Source: Bdellovibrionales bacterium
Lineage (GTDB): Bacteria; Bdellovibrionota; Bdellovibrionia; Bdellovibrionales; DASUEL01
DNA: 28,144 bases
Reading direction: 5' to 3'
Assembly: GCA_050250255.1 (NCBI GenBank)
Contig: JBFWOZ010000037.1
Span: forward strand, 1 to 28,144
The position numbers were made by a program, and so were the translations under genes. The first letter of the stretch is position 1. Each line of letters begins with the position of its first letter. Below, piece by piece: positions 18,516 through 27,022 of the stretch. The notes below the pieces were generated by a model. That model had not been told where the DNA came from and ran no database searches. It was given only the letters and a program-made list of their open reading frames with translations.

Positions 18516-19918
18516 TTTTGAACGCCCCCGATCAAAAGCTCACAGCGTAAGTAAGGCCCACCTGCATCCACTTTTGCAAGTTGTCCCTTTCCACAATGAC
18601 CTGAGCCTAAATCCCATTTGAAATCTTCACTGACAGCATCAACCGACTCCAAAACGGTAAAAGCATTTCCAGAGACCGTGACGTTTTGTACGTATTCACC
18701 AAGTTTGCCATTTTGAATTCGGCGTACTTTATTGGCACCGAACATAAATTCCGCCGTGGCATCCGCCTGACCACCCTCAGGTCCGTCAATAAAATACCCG
18801 TCTTCGACACCCGCTAACATATCCGCAAGCTTGTCTTTCCCAGGTTCAATATAAGTATTTCTCATACGGATGAGGGGTTCATCGCTAAATTCCCAAGCAC
18901 GTGCGTTTCCTGTAGGCTCTACTCCAAACTCGGCAGAAGATTCTCGACTGTGAAGAAAACTCGTCAGTTTTCCTTTCTTGATGATGTAGGTTTTTTCTGT
19001 GAGAACCCCTTCATCATCCACCGGTAAAAGTCCACCCGCACCTTTTTGATATTCGCTTGAACCGCTATCACATAAATTCACAAGATCTGATGCGACAACT
19101 TTTCCTAATTTGTCTGCGGCTGCGGAACCTGCCTTTACAAAATCAGCTTCTACTGTATGGCCAATCGCTTCGTGACAAAGTAGTCCCACGATCGCAGGCG
19201 AGAGAATCACTTTTTTTCTTCCACCTTGAGCTTCTTTTGCATGTAGTAAGTTGGTCGCATTCTTCACCGCATTCTCAATGAACTCCTCTGGCTTACGGTT
19301 GATGAAAAGACAATTCCAACCTCCGGTACCACCAACACTATCGTAGCCCATTGTTCTTCGGCTACCGTCAGCACTGTAGGCTAAAAAGCGAAGTTCTGGA
19401 CGTACCAAGCGCACGTGAGCGTCAGCTCCATCGGTCGTCACGATGACTTTGTCCTCAAACACTTCCGTGTACTGACAAGCCGCTGCTTCGATCGTAGCTT
19501 GATGACGAATCTCTTCTTCTGATTTTTTCACGAACTCAAATTTTTCTTCGAGCGGTTTTTTAAAAAGGTCTTCGTAACCTTCGAGAAAATATTCGCCTTG
19601 AGCGAGTTTTTTAGTAGAAGGAATCACCACTTTTGTTTTTTTACGTGTATCGAGCGCTCGTGCCATTTGTTCTGCCGTTCGCAAGACTTGCGACATTCCT
19701 TGCTCCGAAAGATCCGACGTCGAAGCAAAACCCCATGTGCCATTAAAAAGTACTCGAACTCCTAGGCCTTGATATGTTTTGGAACTCATTTCAGAGGAAA
19801 CCCCGTTTCGCACTCCAAATGATCTCACCTTACGTGAGTGAAAACGAAATTCCGACCAGTGATTGGTCGACTCAGCAATTTTTTTTAGCCGTAAACGAAC
19901 TTCTTGAGCCAGAGACAT
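18512..19918 (-). CDS. tldD: TldD metalloprotease
   Basis: HEAIGHTVEAD, DDEGV, TGNAR, RMRNTYIEPG, CGKGQ. Confidence 0.94.
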   Translation of the reverse strand: MSLAQEVRLRLKKIAESTNHWSEFRFHSRKVRSFGVRNGVSSEMSSKTYQGLGVRVLFNGTWGFASTSDLSEQGMSQVLRTAEQMARALDTRKKTKVVIPSTKKLAQGEYFLEGYEDLFKKPLEEKFEFVKKSEEEIRHQATIEAAACQYTEVFEDKVIVTTDGADAHVRLVRPELRFLAYSADGSRRTMGYDSVGGTGGWNCLFINRKPEEFIENAVKNATNLLHAKEAQGGRKKVILSPAIVGLLCHEAIGHTVEADFVKAGSAAADKLGKVVASDLVNLCDSGSSEYQKGAGGLLPVDDEGVLTEKTYIIKKGKLTSFLHSRESSAEFGVEPTGNARAWEFSDEPLIRMRNTYIEPGKDKLADMLAGVEDGYFIDGPEGGQADATAEFMFGANKVRRIQNGKLGEYVQNVTVSGNAFTVLESVDAVSEDFKWDLGSGHCGKGQLAKVDAGGPYLRCELLIGGVQK

Positions 19919-19951
19919 GATTCACCTCAAGAGTGATTCTATCAGAGAGAC

Positions 19952-20539
19952 TCACATCTGGCATGGATCTGAGAGAATCGTGCGCTGCCAAGCATCGGAC
20001 CTCTGCAGTTCGGAAGCTCCAGGCAGCTGTGGGAGCTGACTCTCGACAAAACTCGACCAAGCTCCCTGACCATAATTTGTAATCGCAAACTTTTTAAGCC
20101 GACAGTAGAGCTCCATTGCTGGCGCATCTAACCACCCTTGACGCTCCATAGATGACTTAGGAGCAGCTGCACCCCAGGCAGCTCTCGTCATAAGTTCGAG
20201 CCCCCGCCAAGTGGCTGAAGACACCTCTGTGAGCTCCGTAATACCACCGTGGCATTCGGCTGGCGAGGAGAGAGTAACATCCATCATCTTTTGCAAACCC
20301 TGCATAAATTCAAAACATGAACCGGCGTTATTTCCATGCTTACAAAAGTCCAGGGTCTTTTGAAAGCCAGTTGTCTTCAGGTAGCTTTTTGAAGGATTAA
20401 GAAACAGAAACCCCTCCTGCGATGTTTTAAAAATTTCCATCTGTGGTTCACACACGCTGTGTGGCGGCTGTGCTAATAAAATAAAAATCAGCCCACCCAC
20501 TAACACTAGAAAAATCAGAAGACCTTGGGGAATTTTCAT
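19952..20539 (-). CDS. Membrane-anchored Cys-rich hypothetical protein
   Basis: N-terminal TM helix and six Cys in the soluble domain. Confidence 0.8.
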   Translation of the reverse strand: MKIPQGLLIFLVLVGGLIFILLAQPPHSVCEPQMEIFKTSQEGFLFLNPSKSYLKTTGFQKTLDFCKHGNNAGSCFEFMQGLQKMMDVTLSSPAECHGGITELTEVSSATWRGLELMTRAAWGAAAPKSSMERQGWLDAPAMELYCRLKKFAITNYGQGAWSSFVESQLPQLPGASELQRSDAWQRTILSDPCQM

Positions 20540-20548
20540 CTTGTAAAG

Positions 20549-21106
20549 TTAGCGCATCATGACGCCGCAGGCTTTAAGAGATCCTTCTGGATCAAAAGGG
20601 TTTTGAGCTTTGCTAGAACGTTGTAGCCACACACCCTTCTCTTTGTCCTTTGGGCAAAAGAAAACGTTGTAAGAGTGTGATATGTCGTAGAGACGGGTGA
20701 GCTGAATCAGCTGCTGGAAGAATTCTTTCAGATAACTGAGACGACGTTCTTTCTCATTACTGGGAATATTCTGAACGTCGCGAAGCCGATTTTTGATGGA
20801 ACTCAAAATCTTATCGAGATGTACGAGCGTTTCCGCATTTTCCGACCTTGAAGAAACAGCCTGGGCAATCTCCACCGTCTTTATCAGCTGCATCACATTT
20901 TCTTGAGCTTTCTTGTGATCCATACCGTAAAGAGAGCTATGTAAAGCCTCACTCCCCTTAAGAATCACAAACAAGCTACCAGCAACTGGCTGACTCAATT
21001 TCATTTTAGGAGTTGCGCTTAAAAGCGTTGGTGGCATGACCACGACACTTAAAAAACTAAAAGCCAGATAAAGGGCGAGCTTTGTCACAGAAGTGTTCTT
21101 TAGCAT
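20549..21106 (-). CDS. Exported protein with DUF3347-associated-like Cys motif (possible metal binding)
   Basis: Signal-like N-terminus, helical region, then FFCP...WLQ...NPF...ACG, resembling the CPM...W...NPY...CG pattern. Confidence 0.6.
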   Translation of the reverse strand: MLKNTSVTKLALYLAFSFLSVVVMPPTLLSATPKMKLSQPVAGSLFVILKGSEALHSSLYGMDHKKAQENVMQLIKTVEIAQAVSSRSENAETLVHLDKILSSIKNRLRDVQNIPSNEKERRLSYLKEFFQQLIQLTRLYDISHSYNVFFCPKDKEKGVWLQRSSKAQNPFDPEGSLKACGVMMR

Positions 21107-21147
21107 GCAATTATTCTCACCATTCTTAGCTCGATTATCAAGAGAAC

Positions 21148-21186
21148 AAAAAAAAAGCCAAACCCGAAGGCTTGGCTTTTCTTTTT
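21148..21186 (-). terminator. Intrinsic terminator of the outer-membrane protein gene (probably bidirectional)
   Basis: Minus strand AAAAGCCAAGCC-TTCG-GGTTTGGCTTTTTTTTT: C(UUCG)G tetraloop and U9 tract. Confidence 0.88.
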
Positions 21187-21209
21187 AGCTGCTCCTAATG
21201 AGCCGGCAA

Positions 21210-22625
21210 TTAGAACGTCAACTTACCTTGAAGTTGAATTCTAGTGTGAGCATCGTCACGAGCAGAAGCAGGGTTTCCTTTGATGAATTCATCAGGAGTG
21301 AATACACCGTAGAGAGCCCATACACTTAAGTTGTCACCGTATGTTTTAGTCACAGTAAGGTCGATTTCGCTACCGATTTTGTTAGAAGAACCAGCAGTAG
21401 TCGTACCAGTTTCGGCACTTTGGGTCGCACCGTTGATCGAAACAGAGTCACGATCGCTTGTACGAGAGTAGCTCAAGTAATCAAGTCTTACACCAAGATC
21501 GTCCGTTGGCTTAATACCAGCGTTAAGACCCCAGTAAGTTACGTTACCCCATTGAACTACATCCATGTTTCCACCGAACTCGTGTGAGCTGTAATGGAAT
21601 GGTTTGTAAGTTTTGTTATCAGTTGCAGTTACTTCGCCACCTGAATCCATGTGGTAGTTACCACCGATTCTGAGCATCATCACTTCTGGAAGAGTGTAAC
21701 CTACTGTGAGGTCAAACATGCTACCAGTTAAGTTTTGATCGCCTGTACTAGCTGTAGAAGGAGAAACTTTCTTCTTACCAGTGTACATATCAGTGATGAA
21801 TTTGTAGTCCACATTAGCTGCATCTCCACCAACGATGAAACCATATCTCATGATTTCGTTACGATCTGTTGATGTCGTCGCACCTACGAAAGAAGTCGTA
21901 GTTTCATCGTTAGTTTGTAACAAATGAATTTCCGCTTTCTTTAAGAACTCAGGAAGGTTCTTGATTCCAGCAACTAGACCGTACATGACGGATTCAGCAT
22001 CGTCTGTTTGAGTGGTTTGAGCAGCACCATTTGGGTTCAAATCACGAAGCTTTAATCCGAAGAGATTCAAGCTTACTGGTTCGAAATCCCACATTGTCTG
22101 TAAACCGTCGAAAGTGTTAGGAATTGCTTGCCAATCATTTGGACCTGCAACTGCTCCACCCGCGATTTCCATCTGGCTACGACCGAATTTTAAAGCCGCC
22201 ATGTCGCTAGCTTTCCACCAGCCCCAAGCTTCATTAACGATGAATACGTTACCAGCAGTACCAGTTCCAACGTTTTCGTTGTTACCGTATGTGTAATCAC
22301 CAGCTGCTGTACGACCACCAGTACCACCCCAGAAGTTGTGGTTGATGATGCTAACGTAACCAGAAAGGCTGTCGCCTCTCTTCATTCCAACGCCAACTTT
22401 TACTCTTTGAGCAACACCGTTGTAGTTACGGCCAGCTGTATTTGCAGCGTTGATGTTGTTACCGTTACCAGTTGCTGTTGTGCTGACTTCCTTTTGGAAA
22501 TTGTAACCAGCGTCGTTTGTGTATCTTAAACGCATTTCTGCATCCCACTTAAAATCAGTGGTATCTGCTGCTTGAGCTGTCGTCGCCAGCGCAAGACCAG
22601 CAAGAGCGATTGTAAATCTTTTCAT
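21210..22625 (-). CDS. Outer-membrane beta-barrel, alginate-export (AlgE-like)/porin family
   Basis: AAGGAG SD; signal peptide MKRFTIALAGLALATTAQA; KFGRSQM, FDGL, GSEIDL, amphipathic strands and C-terminal Phe. Confidence 0.82.
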   Translation of the reverse strand: MKRFTIALAGLALATTAQAADTTDFKWDAEMRLRYTNDAGYNFQKEVSTTATGNGNNINAANTAGRNYNGVAQRVKVGVGMKRGDSLSGYVSIINHNFWGGTGGRTAAGDYTYGNNENVGTGTAGNVFIVNEAWGWWKASDMAALKFGRSQMEIAGGAVAGPNDWQAIPNTFDGLQTMWDFEPVSLNLFGLKLRDLNPNGAAQTTQTDDAESVMYGLVAGIKNLPEFLKKAEIHLLQTNDETTTSFVGATTSTDRNEIMRYGFIVGGDAANVDYKFITDMYTGKKKVSPSTASTGDQNLTGSMFDLTVGYTLPEVMMLRIGGNYHMDSGGEVTATDNKTYKPFHYSSHEFGGNMDVVQWGNVTYWGLNAGIKPTDDLGVRLDYLSYSRTSDRDSVSINGATQSAETGTTTAGSSNKIGSEIDLTVTKTYGDNLSVWALYGVFTPDEFIKGNPASARDDAHTRIQLQGKLTF

Positions 22626-23256
22626 GCTTTTCTCCTTGTTGTACTCTTTTTGTGACGGAAACTTCCACCACATAGTTGTTTTATTAACACTTGTTTTCTT
22701 AATTTGATTTTTAGAATTCATTTGTTACCTGTTGTCTATTTCATTCCGTTGCTTTGCTCGTTCGCTTCTCTACGCTGCCTTCTCGCTGGACTCAAGACCT
22801 AACATCACATTCCGTACGTACGAGTCAAATGCAACTCGTTAGATCTTTTTTTGTTCGCCAATTCTTTTTTAAGCTGCCTGCTAGGCTGGTTACATTAGGC
22901 GAACTTATAGCCTGCATAACGCTGTTACCTCTGATCGTAGAGAGGCTTGATAGCATAAATCAATTATTTTTTTACATACTTGGGGCTCTGCACTATGATC
23001 TGAGCTTTTGACATTCACCAGACCTTTCACTACAAGTTGTCTAGTCTAGAATGCAAAGCACCTGAAAATGTTGAAACTTCGAGCGTTGGCAGGGTTCTTG
23101 ACTTTAAAAGAATCCTCCCCATTTGCGCGTGTGTTTTTTCAACACACTCGTTTTGGACACACTTCTTCGGCCTAGCTGTGGAAGAAAAAGTGTAAGGAAC
23201 GCTACTGCAATAAGCAGTTGAAGGTGCCGCAAGAGAGATGTAGAAGTTCGTGATGT

Positions 23257-23333
<77 letters not shown>

Positions 23334-23495
23334 ATTTTTTGAAGATCGCAAAAGCAGAAAAACAAAAAAACCAAAATTAATAAGTAGTTGAAATCACTGA
23401 AGAGGGCCCCGCCCCTGTGATTTGAATATTTCACGATCTTTCGTGAAATTTCGTGAGTTTGCTTCTTTTTTGCTTCTCGCTTGCTTCTTTTTTCT
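23334..23495. mobile_element. Putative att junction of an element integrated at tRNA-Pro
   Basis: IHF-like TAAGTAGTTGAAA, palindrome ATTTCACGA-N4-TCGTGAAAT (23428-23449), TTGCTTCT x3 at 23459/23470/23481; accessory genes follow. No integrase in the window. Confidence 0.5.
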
Positions 23496-23559
23496 AGAGA
23501 GAAAATCCAACTTTCTTGGACTTTATTTTTACTAAATCTACAAACCGAAGGAGATCTTT

Positions 23560-23721
23560 ATGAGACTTACACAACTTATCCAAGTATCCGCGCTCCTCGC
23601 CATCCTAGCCGTATCAACTGGTCGCCTACCATTAATTCTAAGCATCGTTAGAAATGCGCAGCTACATCTAATACAAGACTCGAAGGCGTCTAAATGGGGA
23701 CAAGCAATGCTTCTACCGTAA
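23560..23721 (+). CDS. Small hypothetical protein, 53 aa (not in the ORF track)
   Basis: AAGGAG-N6-ATG; MRLTQLIQVSALLAILAVSTGRLPLILSIVRNAQLHLIQDSKASKWGQAMLLP*. Confidence 0.7.
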   Translation: MRLTQLIQVSALLAILAVSTGRLPLILSIVRNAQLHLIQDSKASKWGQAMLLP

Positions 23722-23754
23722 AAATACAGATGTGACTGGAAAAATCATGTAACG

Positions 23755-24999
23755 CTATAGGTTTAGCGTCTCTCTCATACGAACCGCAACAACGACTCCA
23801 GATAAAGCCGTGATCCCTGCAATCCTCCAAATCGCAGAATCAAGACCAAAAAAGTCTGCAGTGAAACCCGCAACGATCGCACCAGCCGCATATCCAGAAT
23901 CCCGCCAAAACCGATAAATTCCTACAGAAGAGGCTCTCCAACTTGGATGGGCAACATCACCAATAGCCGCAAGAAGAGTTGGATATACCATAGCTGTACC
24001 TAGCCCAAGGAGAAAACTACCAATCATAAACCCGAGAAAACTACTCGAGGAAACTGTGAGTGAAATTCCAACGGACTGAACCCACATCCCCCAAACAATA
24101 AGCCACTTCCGACCAACGCGATCTGAAAGATGTCCTGTCCAAAGTTGAAAGATTCCCCAACTTGCTGGATAAATTGCAGCAAGCCAAGCGATCCGCTCTA
24201 AACTCACACCTGCTGCAGCAAAAAAAATCGGAAAGAGTCCCCACGCCATGCCGTCGTTCAGATTATTGACGAACCCCGCTTGAGTAATGGAGGAGAGTTC
24301 ACGATCTTTAAATGAGGTTTTTAAAAAAACATCCTTCTGAGAATATTCAACATGAGGGTTTAGGTGGTGCACTTTTGCCTCGTGATGTGTGTGAGCATGG
24401 GTCTCACGCACAAACCAAATACTCAATACGAGCCCGAGTGCAACGTATCCAATGCCTAGATAGAAAGGCTCTGGTCTTAACCCAAAATGAGTTGCGATGT
24501 AACCAGTCGCTAAAGCTGATGCCGCAACAGCGAAATAACCTGCAAACTCATTCAGTCCCATTGCAAGTCCACGTTTACTCGGACCGGCAAGATCTATTTT
24601 CATAATCACCGTTGTGGACCAGGTAAGCCCCTGACTGATGCCAAGGAGAACATTTGCAAATAATATCCAATCCCACGAGGGAGCCCACATTAATAAAAAT
24701 GGCACAGGAATCGCTACAAGCCAGCCACTGACCAAAACGACCTTGCGTCCATACTTATCTGACAGACGGCCAGCGAAATAATTCATCAGAGCTTTTGTGA
24801 AGCCAAAGACAACAATAAACGAGAGAATCGCACTCTTGGCTGCGAGATGAAACTCTTGCTCTGCAATTGTGGGTAAGATACTACGCTCTAGACCAATCAT
24901 TGCACCAACAAACGCATTAATAACAACAAGAAGAGAAAACTGAAATAGATTTTCCTTAAGTCCTAAAATTGGCTGGCTATTTGTTTTTGAAGTTTTCAA
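23755..24999 (-). CDS. MFS transporter
   Basis: About 12 TM; motif A GRLSDKYGRK and its repeat GHLSDRVGRK; TTG start. Confidence 0.93.
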   Translation of the reverse strand: MKTSKTNSQPILGLKENLFQFSLLVVINAFVGAMIGLERSILPTIAEQEFHLAAKSAILSFIVVFGFTKALMNYFAGRLSDKYGRKVVLVSGWLVAIPVPFLLMWAPSWDWILFANVLLGISQGLTWSTTVIMKIDLAGPSKRGLAMGLNEFAGYFAVAASALATGYIATHFGLRPEPFYLGIGYVALGLVLSIWFVRETHAHTHHEAKVHHLNPHVEYSQKDVFLKTSFKDRELSSITQAGFVNNLNDGMAWGLFPIFFAAAGVSLERIAWLAAIYPASWGIFQLWTGHLSDRVGRKWLIVWGMWVQSVGISLTVSSSSFLGFMIGSFLLGLGTAMVYPTLLAAIGDVAHPSWRASSVGIYRFWRDSGYAAGAIVAGFTADFFGLDSAIWRIAGITALSGVVVAVRMRETLNL

Positions 25000-25005
25000 C
25001 GCAAC

Positions 25006-25437
25006 TCATCCCTTTCGCTTTCTCTTTAGGTAAGTTTGTAGAACATCTTCGGCAAGCTTAACCTTATCCCTTTTAAGATCTCGTATGAAGGCAGGAGGTG
25101 CCGCAGTATTTGGATCGTGCTTCGCACCCCAAGAGATCATTTCAAGAATCATAGGTATCAGGGCCAAACCTTTTTTCGTCATTTCATATATAATTTTTTT
25201 TTGGCTCTCAGGGTCTGGTCGTTTCGAAATAATATCGTTATCCTCTAAACGCTTTAACCGTTCAGCAAGAATGTTGGTCGCAATTTTTTCAGGAGACTCA
25301 AGAAACTCGCCGTAATACTGTTTACCTAAAAATAACATATCTCGAATAATAAGCAGCGACCACCTGTCGCCAATTAAGTCTAAGGTAAAGGCAATCGGAC
25401 ATCCACTTAGTCTGCAATCGGTTTTACTATGAGCCAT
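25006..25437 (-). CDS. HxlR-family winged-helix transcriptional regulator
   Basis: SGCPIAFTLDLIGDRWSLLIIRD...NILAERLKRLE...YEMTKKG; N-terminal Cys. Confidence 0.92.
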   Translation of the reverse strand: MAHSKTDCRLSGCPIAFTLDLIGDRWSLLIIRDMLFLGKQYYGEFLESPEKIATNILAERLKRLEDNDIISKRPDPESQKKIIYEMTKKGLALIPMILEMISWGAKHDPNTAAPPAFIRDLKRDKVKLAEDVLQTYLKRKRKG

Positions 25438-25457
25438 TGAGTGTCATCTTACTAGAA

Positions 25458-25517
25458 ATCACTTGCATAATACAAGCACTAGTGCGATCTTTATATCACT
25501 TGTATAATGCAAGTGAT
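25458..25517. promoter_or_regulatory. Two palindromic operators (probable HxlR sites) in the divergent promoter
   Basis: ATCACTTGCATAATACAAGCACT (25458-25480) and ATCACTTGTATAATGCAAGTGAT (25495-25517). Confidence 0.75.
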
Positions 25518-25545
25518 TCATAAACTTCAAAGGGAGGAAAGCGAC

Positions 25546-25908
25546 ATGAACAATATGGCTGTATGGTTTGACATTCCTGTAAAAAATCTCGAAAGAGCAA
25601 TGACTTTTTATTCTAAAGTCTTTGCAGTTGAACTCCAAAAAATGGAAGGCGCTCCTAAAAAGTATGCGATGTTTCCGTTTTCACCAGGCGAGGTATCGGG
25701 CGGCTTAGCAGAAGATCCTGAAGCTGTCTCTGATAAGGGTACTCTTCTCTATCTAAATGGTGGTGATGACCTTTCAGTACCTCTGAAGCGCATTGAAACT
25801 GCTGGCGGTAAAGTGTTGCAAGAAAAAACCAGCATAGGCCCACACGGCTTCATGGCCATATTTAAAGATACTGAGGGAAACCGAATCGCACTCCACAGTA
25901 TGAAGTAA
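25546..25908 (+). CDS. VOC/glyoxalase family protein
   Basis: WFDIPVKNLERAMTFYSKVF...AGGKV...FKDTEGNRIALHS; GGAGG SD before ATG 25546. Confidence 0.92.
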   Translation: MNNMAVWFDIPVKNLERAMTFYSKVFAVELQKMEGAPKKYAMFPFSPGEVSGGLAEDPEAVSDKGTLLYLNGGDDLSVPLKRIETAGGKVLQEKTSIGPHGFMAIFKDTEGNRIALHSMK

Positions 25909-25923
25909 CCGAAAATTTATCAT

Positions 25924-26328
25924 ATGAAAAAATTTGTCTGCGTAATTTTATTCTACTCAATTCTAACAATGATACTTGGAATGAGTTGGCACTTTGTATT
26001 TTTTAAGGAACTCTACGAAGGGCTCGGGATTTATAACCGAGCCGAACCGATTATTCCTCTAGGATTCACCTCAATGATAGTTCAAGGGGTGATACTTGCA
26101 TATTTATACCCGAGATTTTATAGAGGCGGTTTGCCCATAGTTGAAGGAGTTAAGTTTTCTCTGATTATGGGTCTTTTCATGTTTAGTGTTTCAACATTGG
26201 CCAATGGTGCAAAAATTCAAGTGTCCTCTATGAGTCAATGGCTCTTGATTCAATCGGCCTTTCATTTCGTTCAATTTGTCATCGCTGGAGTTGGAATTGG
26301 CCTAATTTACGGTAACAAAAGGGAGTAA
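25924..26328 (+). CDS. Four-TM membrane protein (possibly DUF1761-like)
   Basis: Four hydrophobic helices; WHFVFFKELY motif. Confidence 0.7.
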   Translation: MKKFVCVILFYSILTMILGMSWHFVFFKELYEGLGIYNRAEPIIPLGFTSMIVQGVILAYLYPRFYRGGLPIVEGVKFSLIMGLFMFSVSTLANGAKIQVSSMSQWLLIQSAFHFVQFVIAGVGIGLIYGNKRE

Positions 26329-26335
26329 TGAACTC

Positions 26336-27013
26336 ATGCCGTTTGATGAAAACCTAGCAAATCGAATAAGAAATCTCCTTAAAAAGGAAGATGGTGTTTC
26401 AGAAAAGAAAATGTTCGGTGGAATTTGCTTTATGCACAGAGGAAACATGATTTGTGGTGTTGAGAAAAATCGCCTTATGCTACGAGTAGGTGCCGATCAA
26501 TACAAAGAAACACTCAAGCTGAAGCACACATCAGTTATGGATTTAACTGGTGTGCCTCTTAAGGGTTTCATTTTTGTTGCTCCTGTAGGTATTAAGGAGA
26601 ACAGAGCACTAAAACAATGGTTAAAGCGCGGACTAAAATTTACCAGCACTTTACCTGAGAAAATAAAAAAAACAGGTGTTGCTTCTTTGTTACGGGGAAA
26701 TCGCAAAAAAGAAAATGGCCCAACGTTATTATCTCAAATAAAAAATTTTGGCCCAGTCACAAGAGCTGAATTTAACTCAATGGGCATTACCACTCTTGAG
26801 CAGGTCAAAAAAATAGGCTTTGAAGAAATGTGCAGAAAGTACGTCATGTACTACCCTGAAAGGCTTAATGCGAATGCCTTTCTCGGAATTATTTGCTCAA
26901 TAGAAAACACGGTTTGGACTCAAGCGACTCCCAAACAAAGAAGCATGGCTCGGCAAATGGCTCAGTTCTTAAGAAGAGAATACGGTCTAGTAAAAAAGGC
27001 CAGAAAGTTATAA
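26336..27013 (+). CDS. TfoX/Sxy family protein (TfoX_N plus TfoX_C-like domains)
   Basis: EKKMFGGICFM.RGNM.CGV...LMLRVG (N domain); IKNFGP...MGITTLEQVKKIG...W (C domain). Confidence 0.8.
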   Translation: MPFDENLANRIRNLLKKEDGVSEKKMFGGICFMHRGNMICGVEKNRLMLRVGADQYKETLKLKHTSVMDLTGVPLKGFIFVAPVGIKENRALKQWLKRGLKFTSTLPEKIKKTGVASLLRGNRKKENGPTLLSQIKNFGPVTRAEFNSMGITTLEQVKKIGFEEMCRKYVMYYPERLNANAFLGIICSIENTVWTQATPKQRSMARQMAQFLRREYGLVKKARKL

Positions 27014-27022
27014 TGCTATATT

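Noticed and set aside
22626..22721. N-terminal extension of the barrel ORF
   Set aside because: SD and signal peptide place the start at 22625
22948..22964. TTGAT-N7-ATCAA as an FNR box
   Set aside because: FNR requires N4 spacing
23086..23103. TTGGCAGGGTTCTTGAC as a sigma-54 promoter
   Set aside because: The -12 element reads TTGA rather than TTGC
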